A stretch of 32,000 bases of DNA, taken from positions 2,982 through 34,981 of the forward strand of contig NZIO01000031.1 of the NCBI GenBank assembly GCA_002689925.1. The letters run 5' to 3'. A model generated the notes under the pieces. It had not been told where the DNA came from. It was given only the letters and a program-made list of their open reading frames with translations, and did no database searches. This DNA is from Candidatus Pelagibacter sp. (GTDB taxonomy: Bacteria; Pseudomonadota; Alphaproteobacteria; Pelagibacterales; Pelagibacteraceae). The position numbers and the translations under genes were made by a program. Positions 24,599 through 32,000 of this stretch are shown in pieces. Positions within the stretch are counted from its first letter, which is position 1; each line of letters begins with the position of its first letter.

Positions 24599-25360
24599 AT
24601 GGTTAGTTGCATTGGAATAATAGCTCGTTTAAATTCGAAAAGATTAAAAAATAAACATTTATTACAAGTTAACAACAAACCTATTTTATCTTATTTAATT
24701 GAAAGAATTAAGTTTGAATTTCAGAATGAAATTGATAATAATCTTTTAGAAATTTCACTATTAACTGGAAATGAGAAAGATAATAAAGATTTTATTAATT
24801 TAGTTGATTTTTATAAAATTAGAATTTTTTTTGGTAATAATGATAACGTGCTTTTAAGAATACATGAAAACCTAAAAATTAATAAATACACATCAATTAT
24901 TTGTGTTGAAGGTGATGATATACTTTGTTCTGTTAAAGGAATGAGGCAGATATATGAGTCATTAAAAAAAAATTCAAAAGATATTGTAAAAACTAGAAGC
25001 TATCCTTTTGGTATGAATAGTTTAGGTTTTACTTTTGAATTTATAAATAGATTTTTTAACAAAGAAAATTTAAGTTATAATAAATCAATTTGGAAAACTT
25101 CTTTAGAAAGAGATAATAAAGTCATTTTTGTTGATAATTTACATAAATGGGATAATCGTTTACGCTTTACTTTAGACTATCCAGATGATTTAAAATTTTT
25201 TAATGAAATTATAAACTCCAATTTAAATATCAAAACTGCTAAAGATAAAGAAATTATTGACCATGTAATAGGCCATGAAGTGTATAAATTTAATTCACAT
25301 TTGATAGCTGATTATTGGAAAAACTATAACCATGAAAGCAAAAATGATGAAATCAAATAA
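24599..25360 (+). CDS. SpsF-type cytidylyltransferase-fold protein (second copy)
   Basis: 253 aa. IGIIARLNSKRLKNKHLLQVNNKPILSYLIERI and VEGDDILCS parallel the motifs in the 4593-5339 ORF (ARMGSSRLYGK..., ITGDCPLID). Confidence 0.6.
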   Translation: MVSCIGIIARLNSKRLKNKHLLQVNNKPILSYLIERIKFEFQNEIDNNLLEISLLTGNEKDNKDFINLVDFYKIRIFFGNNDNVLLRIHENLKINKYTSIICVEGDDILCSVKGMRQIYESLKKNSKDIVKTRSYPFGMNSLGFTFEFINRFFNKENLSYNKSIWKTSLERDNKVIFVDNLHKWDNRLRFTLDYPDDLKFFNEIINSNLNIKTAKDKEIIDHVIGHEVYKFNSHLIADYWKNYNHESKNDEIK

Positions 25361-26561
25361 TAATTATTCTTGGCGTTTTGACAAAAGAGAAAGAAAGTAT
25401 GTAGAACAAGTTTTAAAATCTGGATTTGTTAGTTCTACTTCAGGAAATATGAATAGTAAATTAGAAGATGCTTTTGCAAAAAGGTTTAAAAGTAAATTTG
25501 CAATAACTTTTAACTCTGGAACTACAACGTTACATGCTGCACTGGAAGCTTTTGGAGTGGGATATGGAGATGAAGTAATAGTTTCACCATTAACAGTAAT
25601 TTCATGTATGAATGCCATACTTTACTGTAATGCAATTCCAGTTTTTGCTGATATCGATGAGAATAGTTTTTTAATTGATCCCAAACAAATAGAAAAAAAA
25701 ATAACTTCAAAAACTAAAGCTATTCTACCCGTTCATTTATACGGAAAGGTTTGTAACATGACTGAAATAATGAAAATTGCAAAAAAACATAAACTTTTTG
25801 TCCTTGAAGACTCAGCACAATGTTTTTTGGGTACACATAAAGGGAAATATGCAGGTACTTTTGGAAATGCAAGCAGCTGGAGTTTTGAAAATTCAAAACA
25901 TTTAACAACAGGGGATGGTGGAATTCTTACTTGTAATAATAGGATTTTAGGTGGTAAAATAAGGAAATTTAGTACCCAGGGGTTTAGAAACGCAACGGCC
26001 AAGTCAGGAAAAATAAGAATTTCAAAAAATCTTTTTCAAGATCCTCAATATAAAAGACATGACCAATTTGGTTATATGTATAGATTACCCGAAATTGCAG
26101 CAGCAGTTGGTTTGGCCCAAGTTGAAAAAATTGATTTATTTGTTAGAAAAAGAATAAAAATGGCCAAGATGTATGAAGAAGTAATCAAAACAACTAATTG
26201 CAAATGGCTTATTCCACAAATTAAAACAAAAACTGATACGAATGCATATTGGTCATATGCAGTAAAATTTGAAAACAAAAGAATATCTTGGTACGATTTT
26301 AGAAAAAAATACATGTATTTTGGTGGAGATGGTATTTTTGCTGCCTGGTCTTTATGTTATAATGAAGATTCTATAAAAGACATTAAAAAAAGACTAAGAA
26401 TGATTAGATTACACAAAAGATTTAAAGTTAAAAAAGGTTTGTGTCCTGTTGCAGAAAAGGTTCAATTAAAAATTATGCAATTTACTTGCAATCAAAAAGA
26501 TGAAAAGGAAATGAGAAAACAAGCCCAAGCATTATATAAAACTATTAAATATTTTTCTTAA
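25332..26561 (+). CDS. DegT/DnrJ/EryC1-family aminotransferase (long form)
   Basis: 409 aa. FNSGTTTLHAALEAFGVGYGDEVIVSPLT, LEDSAQCF, WSFENSKHLTTGDGG (PLP lysine) and YRLPEIAAAVGLAQ. The start could instead be the ATG at 25344 or 25347. All three options overlap the upstream gene. Confidence 0.75.
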   Translation: MKAKMMKSNNNYSWRFDKRERKYVEQVLKSGFVSSTSGNMNSKLEDAFAKRFKSKFAITFNSGTTTLHAALEAFGVGYGDEVIVSPLTVISCMNAILYCNAIPVFADIDENSFLIDPKQIEKKITSKTKAILPVHLYGKVCNMTEIMKIAKKHKLFVLEDSAQCFLGTHKGKYAGTFGNASSWSFENSKHLTTGDGGILTCNNRILGGKIRKFSTQGFRNATAKSGKIRISKNLFQDPQYKRHDQFGYMYRLPEIAAAVGLAQVEKIDLFVRKRIKMAKMYEEVIKTTNCKWLIPQIKTKTDTNAYWSYAVKFENKRISWYDFRKKYMYFGGDGIFAAWSLCYNEDSIKDIKKRLRMIRLHKRFKVKKGLCPVAEKVQLKIMQFTCNQKDEKEMRKQAQALYKTIKYFS

Positions 26562-26563
26562 TT

Positions 26564-27322
26564 ATGAATATAAAAGGTAAGGTCATTTACATTGCAGGAG
26601 CTGGAGGTAAGATCGGTTTTTCTGTAACAAAGAATGTTTTGGCCCATGGTGGAAAAGTTATTTTAGGTGAAATTAAAACAAAAAAATTAACTACAATTAT
26701 TAATAAATTTGAAAAAAAAAATTTAATTATCGTTAGAGGCGACCATAGAAAAAAAAAAATAATTGATAAAAGTATTACACTTGGAATAAAAAAATTTAAA
26801 AAAATAGATGGCGCAGTAGATTGTATGTATAGTAATAAAAAATGGAAAAAATTTGAAAATATAAACCTTGATCATCTTAAAAAAAGTTTACTCCCACATA
26901 TAGGTTCTACAATTATTTTTTCTCAAAGATTAATAAAATTTTTTAAAAAACAAGGTTATGGAAATTTAATTTTAAACTCCTCAGTTTATGGGCATAAAAT
27001 ACCACAATTTGGAATTTATAAAAATAGTGATTTATTTAATCCTATAGATTATTCTGCTTCTAAGGCTGCGATCCAATATATTGTAAAATATCTTGCAAAA
27101 CTTTATCTTAAAAAGAAAATTAAGGTTAATTGTGTTTCTCCAGGTGGAATTTATGAAAAAAAATTTTCAAAAAATTTTTTAAAAAATTATAAAAAAAACA
27201 CTGGATCAAAAGGAATGTTAGATGCAAATGATATTAATGGCACAATTTTATTTTTACTGTCAGATGAGTCAAAGTTTATAACTGGTCAAAATATAGTTGT
27301 AGATGATGGATTTAGCATCTAA
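26564..27322 (+). CDS. Short-chain dehydrogenase/reductase (classical SDR)
   Basis: 252 aa. IAGAGGKIGFSV (glycine-rich NAD(P) loop), NSSVYG, YSASKAA (YxxxK) and PGGI. Confidence 0.8.
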   Translation: MNIKGKVIYIAGAGGKIGFSVTKNVLAHGGKVILGEIKTKKLTTIINKFEKKNLIIVRGDHRKKKIIDKSITLGIKKFKKIDGAVDCMYSNKKWKKFENINLDHLKKSLLPHIGSTIIFSQRLIKFFKKQGYGNLILNSSVYGHKIPQFGIYKNSDLFNPIDYSASKAAIQYIVKYLAKLYLKKKIKVNCVSPGGIYEKKFSKNFLKNYKKNTGSKGMLDANDINGTILFLLSDESKFITGQNIVVDDGFSI

Positions 27323-27352
27323 AATATAATTTCTAAAATTTCCTATTTCTAA

Positions 27353-28120
27353 ATGATTAAAATTCTAAGAAGGCTGTACCATCTTTCTAATAAGTTTTAT
27401 TTTTCTCTATTAGGCTTATTAGTAAAATTTTTTGTTAATCATTCCAAAGAAATACCTTATGACGATATAATTGTATTGGGACGCGGAAAGTCATTAAATT
27501 ATTATTTTAAGAATTATAATAAGTTTGATCACATTAAGCATGTTGTTTTAACTAATTTTAACAAAAGAGATTTAAATCGAAAAACTATTTTATCATTAAA
27601 TAATAAAATTGTTCATTTTATTTTAAGCTCTGTTGAACCAACTCTGTCAATTAGTCAAATTTTAAAATTAAATATCGGTAAAGTTTTTTATGCAAAACCA
27701 ATTGCCATGAAAAGTGATCCTAAAACAAATAGAAAATTATTTAGAGGAAATAAATATGGTGTGTCAGTAGATTACTTACCAAACTCTATAGATCCTTATT
27801 TAAAATTTTGTGCAGGAACAGGTTTATATGGAATTATTAATTCTATTGAAAACTGGAATATAAAAAATGCTTATCTTTTTGGTTTTGACTTCTATTCATC
27901 AGATTATCATGGAGGAAATCAGCATATATTAACGAAAGAAAGAGTTTCGATATTTAAAAAACCCAAAAAAGAATTTCTTGGTGCGTTTCACAAAACACAT
28001 TATGACGTAGATAAACCTGCTTTTCTTGGATACGTATCAGAAAAACAGAATGTTAAATTTTTAATACATACTTTGGCGGACTTAAATAAAAAATATAAGA
28101 ACTTAATATTTTTAGATTAA
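27353..28120 (+). CDS. Sialyltransferase-like protein with GT42 (Cst-I/Cst-II type) motifs; candidate nonulosonic acid transferase
   Basis: 255 aa. IVLGRGKSL aligns with Cst-II IAGNGPSL, and VVLTNFN with VFRCNQF. GTGLYGIINSIENWNIKNAYLFGFDFYSSDYH (nt 27815-27910) aligns with TSGVYMCAVAIALGYKEIYLSGIDFYQNGSSY. Downstream there are His residues (FHKTHYD). The comparison is to my recollection of Cst-II, not to a search. Confidence 0.55.
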   Translation: MIKILRRLYHLSNKFYFSLLGLLVKFFVNHSKEIPYDDIIVLGRGKSLNYYFKNYNKFDHIKHVVLTNFNKRDLNRKTILSLNNKIVHFILSSVEPTLSISQILKLNIGKVFYAKPIAMKSDPKTNRKLFRGNKYGVSVDYLPNSIDPYLKFCAGTGLYGIINSIENWNIKNAYLFGFDFYSSDYHGGNQHILTKERVSIFKKPKKEFLGAFHKTHYDVDKPAFLGYVSEKQNVKFLIHTLADLNKKYKNLIFLD

Positions 28121-28128
28121 ACAAAAAT

Positions 28129-29316
28129 ATGAGAAGTTTTGTTAATAAAATAGAAACATTTTTCAACATAAGTGTTCGCCTTAATAAATTAGTAGTAAAT
28201 AATTACAATCCCTTAGGCATTAAATCAAAAAAAAATGCATTATTATTTTTTAAAACTGACTGGTATGGACTTAATGGTAAAAAAAAAATAATACCTGGCA
28301 CAACTCAATATGAAGCTCAACAACAAGCAATTGCTTTAAATGAATTAGGTTATATCGTAACGATTGTAGATAGAAAAGTTAAAGTAAAATTTAATAAAGA
28401 TTTTGATTTATTTGTAGGACATGTTGTAGGTGGAAATGGCAAATATTTTTCACATTATTTTAATTTAATGAAAATTAATTGTATTAAAATTGCAATTTCT
28501 CCAGGAGCAAATCCAATGTTATCTTATTCAAACTATAAAGAAAGAATCAGATATTTTAATAATAGACATAAAAATTTAAAAGGTTTTGACAAATTAAAGA
28601 TGCCAAGAACAGCACCGTTAGAGATAATAACAAAAAATAATAATTTGATTAAAAAATGTAAAGGAATTTTAGTACATTCAAATAAATTTGCATTTGAAAG
28701 TTATAAAAATTTAAAAATTTCTAGATATAAAATTGTGTCACCGATTAGAAAAATTAAAGATATTTATCCACAATATAAAAAAAAATTTAGATATAAGAAG
28801 AATTTTTTTTTCTATTCTGGTGGTGGGGCTTTACATAAAGGATTGGATATAGTTATAGAATCATTTAAGAAATTGCCTAATCTAAATTTATTTGTAGCAA
28901 CATTAAATGATGAATTTATATTCAGTGAATACTATAAGATAAAAAATTTTAATAATATTAAATTTTTTAAAAATATAAAATCTGACTCAATAGAAATGAA
29001 AAAAATTACTGATAAATGTGCATTTGTAATTGGACCAAGTTGTTCAGATGGTGATCCAGTTTCTATTGCAGAATGTATGAAATTTGGTTTAATTCCAATG
29101 GTTACAAAAGAAACAGATAATAATCAAAAATATTCATTATTATTTAATAATTTCAAATTAAAGACTATCAAAAAACTCATTCTTTATTCTCAAAAACTTA
29201 CCAAAGTTAAAATTTCCAATCTTTCAAGAGGAAATATTAGGATGAGTAGAAATAATGAACCTGAAAATCATCGATCTTCTTTTAAAAAAGCAATTAAGCA
29301 TTGTATAAAAAAATAA
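28129..29316 (+). CDS. GT-B fold glycosyltransferase (group 1 / GT4-like)
   Basis: 395 aa. FFFYSGGGALHKGLDIVIESFKKLPNLNLFV and SDGDPVSIAECMKFGLIPMV resemble the GT4 C-terminal domain pattern (vGr...KG.d.li.af; E.fg....EAma.G.P). Confidence 0.55.
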   Translation: MRSFVNKIETFFNISVRLNKLVVNNYNPLGIKSKKNALLFFKTDWYGLNGKKKIIPGTTQYEAQQQAIALNELGYIVTIVDRKVKVKFNKDFDLFVGHVVGGNGKYFSHYFNLMKINCIKIAISPGANPMLSYSNYKERIRYFNNRHKNLKGFDKLKMPRTAPLEIITKNNNLIKKCKGILVHSNKFAFESYKNLKISRYKIVSPIRKIKDIYPQYKKKFRYKKNFFFYSGGGALHKGLDIVIESFKKLPNLNLFVATLNDEFIFSEYYKIKNFNNIKFFKNIKSDSIEMKKITDKCAFVIGPSCSDGDPVSIAECMKFGLIPMVTKETDNNQKYSLLFNNFKLKTIKKLILYSQKLTKVKISNLSRGNIRMSRNNEPENHRSSFKKAIKHCIKK

Positions 29317-29389
29317 CTAGACAATTATTCAAAACCTATGTATTCAAGTTTAAAATCAAATTTTAAATTTAGTAAAATCTTTAAGAATT

Positions 29390-30496
29390 ATGCCAGACAT
29401 TAAAAGTTTAAAAGTATATTTTACAGAAAAACAAATAGAAGATATTATTAAAGACATGAGAATTGTTCTTTCAAGTGGACAATTAGCTGCTGGAAAATAT
29501 GTTTCAAAATTTGAAGAAAATTGGGCAAAAAAAAATAATTGTAAGTATGGAATAGGTGTCTCAAGTGGGGGGGCTGCATTAGAGATTATTTTTAAAAGCT
29601 TAAATATAAAAGACAAAGAAGTTATAGTGCCAACTAATACTTTTGTTGCAACTTCAAATGCTGTTTCTTTTGCCGGTGGAAAAATTAAGTTTGCTGATAT
29701 ATCTAAAAAAGATATGTGCTTAGATTTGGAAAATATAAAAAAAAATTTAACAGAAAAGACAAAAGCTGTTTGTTTGGTCCATATTGGTGGAATTATTTCA
29801 TCTGAGATAGAAAAAATAACAAAGTTTTGTGAAGATAATAAAATATTTTTAGTAGAAGACGCGGCTCACGGTCATGGCTCTAGCTTTAATAGTAAGTTTT
29901 CTGGACAATTTGGAATTGCAGCAGCATATTCTTTCTTTTCAACAAAAACTTTAACATCTGGTGAAGGAGGAATGATTTTAACTAATGATGATGAGCTTGA
30001 TAAAAAATTTAGAAGTTTACGAGACTATGGTAAAAAATCTCAATGGGAATCATTTTACACAGATCTTTCATCTAATTATAGAATGAGTAACGTTACTGCA
30101 ATTATAGGTGAACATCATTCAAGAGAGCTTGACAACTTTTTATCAGCTAGAGAAAAAATTGCTTCATATTATACAGCTACACTAAATAAAAAATTTGAAA
30201 AAGTTTTACCCACAGGAAAATCCAGCTGGTATAAATATATTGTATATTTGCCAAAAAATGTTGAAAAAAAGAAATTTAAAGAAGCTTGCAAAGAAAAAGG
30301 AGTTCAATTTCCTGGAGGAGTTTATGATATGCCTTTACATTTACAACCAATTTACAAAGACTTTAACCTAAGTGGAATTTTAACTACAGCAGAAGAATAT
30401 TGTGAAAGACACTTATGTTTGCCTATGTATCCAAATCTTGAAGAAAAAGATTACAAATATATTGTAGAAATTATGAACCAGGTTATAGATATTTAA
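29390..30496 (+). CDS. DegT/DnrJ/EryC1-family aminotransferase
   Basis: 368 aa. SSGGAALEIIF, VEDAAHGHGS, YSFFSTKTLTSGEGG (PLP lysine), YRMSNVTAIIG and LCLPMYPNL. It is preceded by a 73-bp spacer, the largest gap in the downstream half. Confidence 0.85.
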   Translation: MPDIKSLKVYFTEKQIEDIIKDMRIVLSSGQLAAGKYVSKFEENWAKKNNCKYGIGVSSGGAALEIIFKSLNIKDKEVIVPTNTFVATSNAVSFAGGKIKFADISKKDMCLDLENIKKNLTEKTKAVCLVHIGGIISSEIEKITKFCEDNKIFLVEDAAHGHGSSFNSKFSGQFGIAAAYSFFSTKTLTSGEGGMILTNDDELDKKFRSLRDYGKKSQWESFYTDLSSNYRMSNVTAIIGEHHSRELDNFLSAREKIASYYTATLNKKFEKVLPTGKSSWYKYIVYLPKNVEKKKFKEACKEKGVQFPGGVYDMPLHLQPIYKDFNLSGILTTAEEYCERHLCLPMYPNLEEKDYKYIVEIMNQVIDI

Positions 30497-30497
30497 A

Positions 30498-31442
30498 ATG
30501 GCAAACATAGCAGTAACAGGTGGCAATGGTTTTATAGGTGGTCATATTGTTGATGAACTTCAAAATGCAAAACACAATGTTTTTATAATTGATGTTTTAC
30601 AAGGAATTAAGAAAAAAAATAATTTTTTTAAAATTGACATTAATGATACTAAAAACTTAGAAAAATGCTTTATCGAAAATAAAATAGAATATGTTTTTCA
30701 TATAGCAGCCATTGCAAATGCAAGACAATCAATTGAAGATCCCGTTCAAACAATCGATATAAATGTTAAAGGTACAGCATCAGTTTTATTTGCTTCTCAT
30801 AAAGCTCAAGTAAAAAAAGTTATATTAGCTAGTACAGTATGGGTTTTTAACGCCTGTGAAAAAGATTTTACAAAATCTAAAAATATAACTCTTGATGAAA
30901 CAGCATTGATTAAACCAGAAGGTGGAAAACATTTTTATACAACATCTAAATTAGTATCAGAATTATTGTGCCAAGATTTTTCATCATTAAAAAATTTAAA
31001 ATTTACAATATTAAGATATGGTATTCCTTATGGGCCGAATATGTGGAAAGGATTAGTTCTAAGATCTTTTGTTGAAAACGCACTAGGTAAAAAACCTCTG
31101 AATATTATAGGAGATGGAACTGCTAAAAGAAGATTTATTCACGTTTCAGATTTGGCTAAAGCACATTTGCTTTCTTTAAGTGAAAAAGCAGATAATCAGA
31201 TTTTTAATATAGAGGGAAACAATGATGTTACAATTGGAGAACTTGCAAATCTTGTGGCTCAAAATATTGAGAATACGAGTGTAAATTTTACTGAAGACAG
31301 CACCAGAAAAGGAGAATTAAATATGGATAATTTTGAAATATCTAATTTAAAAGCAAAAAAACTTTTAAACTGGGAGCCAAAAATTGAAATTAAACAAGGC
31401 GTTAAAGATTATATAGATTGGTACAAATCTAATAATTCATAA
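30498..31442 (+). CDS. NAD-dependent epimerase/dehydratase (extended SDR)
   Basis: 314 aa. IAVTGGNGFIGGHIVDEL, STVWVF and YTTSK (YxxxK). The ATG lies 1 nt after the upstream stop. Confidence 0.8.
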   Translation: MANIAVTGGNGFIGGHIVDELQNAKHNVFIIDVLQGIKKKNNFFKIDINDTKNLEKCFIENKIEYVFHIAAIANARQSIEDPVQTIDINVKGTASVLFASHKAQVKKVILASTVWVFNACEKDFTKSKNITLDETALIKPEGGKHFYTTSKLVSELLCQDFSSLKNLKFTILRYGIPYGPNMWKGLVLRSFVENALGKKPLNIIGDGTAKRRFIHVSDLAKAHLLSLSEKADNQIFNIEGNNDVTIGELANLVAQNIENTSVNFTEDSTRKGELNMDNFEISNLKAKKLLNWEPKIEIKQGVKDYIDWYKSNNS

Positions 31443-31471
31443 CTCTTTTATTTCATAATCTTAATATAAAA

Positions 31472-32000
31472 ATGAGAAAAATACTTGTAACTGGTGGAGC
31501 CGGATATATCGGTAGCCATGCTTGCAAAGAACTTTCTAGGGCAGGTTATCTTCCAGTTTCTTTTGACAACTTAAGTAATGGTCACAAAAAAGCAGTTAAA
31601 TGGGGACCATTAATTATAGGTAATATTAACAATAGCAATCAATTAAATAAAGTTTTTACAAAATATAAGCCACTTGCTGTAATGCATTTTGCTGGATGCA
31701 TCAGCGTCGGTGAATCTGAAATTAGACCATCAAAATATTATAAAAACAATGTCAAAGGAACTTTGTCTTTACTTAATGTAATGAAAAAATTTTCAGTTAA
31801 GTATATGGTTTATTCTAGCAGCGGTGCCGTATATGGAAAAACAAAAAAAAACCCCATAAAAGAAACTGCAATAAAAAAACCAACTAATCCCTATGGTTGG
31901 TCAAAATTAATTTCTGAGAAAATGATTTTAAAATTTAGTGATATTTGTGGAATTAAATTTGCAATATTAAGGTACTTTAATGCTTCGGGAGCAGACAAGT
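31472..32000 (+). CDS. galE: UDP-glucose 4-epimerase (partial, continues beyond right edge)
   Basis: Not in the ORF track because it is open-ended. My translation from the ATG at 31472 reads MRKILVTGGAGYIGSHACKELSRAGYLPVSFDNLSNGHKKAVKWGPLIIGNI...MHFAGCISVGES...YSSSGAVYG...PTNPYGWSKL...ILRYFNASGAD, a classic GalE N-terminal half. Confidence 0.85.
   Translation, partial: MRKILVTGGAGYIGSHACKELSRAGYLPVSFDNLSNGHKKAVKWGPLIIGNINNSNQLNKVFTKYKPLAVMHFAGCISVGESEIRPSKYYKNNVKGTLSLLNVMKKFSVKYMVYSSSGAVYGKTKKNPIKETAIKKPTNPYGWSKLISEKMILKFSDICGIKFAILRYFNASGADK

Noticed and set aside
27329-27353. A 9-bp direct repeat ATTTCTAAA (27329-27337 and 27345-27353) in the 30-bp spacer before the GT42-like gene.
   Set aside because: It is short and AT-only, so it is easily produced by chance in this composition. 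There is no supporting structure or partner site.
29317-29389. A possible internal promoter or a 21-codon mini-ORF (ATG at 29338) in the 73-bp spacer.
   Set aside because: The candidate -35/-10 hexamers have wrong spacing. The mini-ORF has no recognisable features and sits in a different frame, ending just inside the next gene. This cannot be supported from sequence alone.
3729-29616. Other short ORFs in the track that lie antisense or out of frame within well-supported genes: 3729-3941, 5343-5564, 5892-6086, 6225-6443, 9031-9234, 12745-12960, 13170-13499, 15116-15361, 17386-17682, 21422-21604, 21649-21852, 22865-23080, 24308-24493, 25364-25618, 25522-25710, 25720-25908, 25733-26002, 26072-26314 and 29356-29616.
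   Set aside because: Each lies wholly or mostly inside a longer ORF that has clear family motifs. All are 60-110 aa and low-complexity hydrophobic, with no recognisable domains. This is the expected by-product of AT-rich sequence, where stop codons are depleted on the antisense strand of K/N-rich genes.
1-32000. I scanned for rRNA/tRNA genes, CRISPR repeats, IS/transposase/integrase genes, toxin-antitoxin pairs and known defence-system hallmarks (nucleases, helicases, STAND/AAA ATPases, reverse transcriptases).
   Set aside because: None was seen. Non-coding space totals only a few hundred bp. The only P-loop proteins are the APS-kinase-like ORF and the ABC exporter. No periodic repeat arrays or terminal inverted repeats were noticed.

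Overview
This window is AT-rich (roughly 25-30% GC by eye), very gene-dense, and is essentially one surface-glycan biosynthesis island.

**Layout**
- A short minus-strand unit sits at the left edge: a partial PseC-like aminotransferase and a NodU/CmcH carbamoyltransferase.
- It diverges across a 199-bp intergenic region from about 29 kb of 30 co-directional plus-strand genes (2843 to the right edge).
- Spacers in that run are mostly 0-20 bp, or the stop and start codons overlap.

**Content of the plus-strand run, in order**
- An EPS-associated MarR regulator and a NusG/RfaH-like paralogue.
- Pseudaminic-acid-type genes (PseI, PseB) next to an aldo-keto reductase / SpsF-type cytidylyltransferase / class-III aminotransferase module.
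- A phosphonate cassette: a cytidylyltransferase-PEP mutase fusion with an exact EDK-X5-NS motif, an inserted PhyH-type Fe/2OG dioxygenase, phosphonopyruvate decarboxylase and an Fe-alcohol dehydrogenase.
- An orphan GT-B-like ORF.
- A second nonulosonic-acid or 6-deoxyhexose block: Per/LegC-like aminotransferase, NeuB/LegI, NeuD/PglD acetyltransferase, Gmd and a CMP-NulO synthetase.
- Sulfation candidates: a divergent APS-kinase-fold kinase and a sulfotransferase.
- An MsbA/PglK-type ABC exporter.
- A further nucleotidyltransferase/aminotransferase/SDR set, a protein with GT42 (Cst-like) sialyltransferase motifs, a GT-B glycosyltransferase, another aminotransferase plus epimerase, and a partial GalE at the right edge.

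**Not seen**
I saw no rRNA, tRNA, CRISPR, transposase, integrase or defence-system signal.

**Taxonomy**
The composition, the K/N/I-rich proteins and the minimal spacers fit a streamlined marine bacterium such as SAR11 and its hypervariable glycan island. Taxonomy cannot be verified from the sequence alone.

**Best candidate for something new**
The phosphonate cassette, with its inserted dioxygenase and adjacent orphan transferase-like ORF, is the strongest candidate. It predicts a hydroxylated, non-AEP phosphonate decoration on a nonulosonic-acid-containing glycan. That glycan may also be sulfated and carbamoylated, and the operon appears to be under MarR plus NusG-paralogue control.

All family calls rest on by-eye motif recognition, not on searches.
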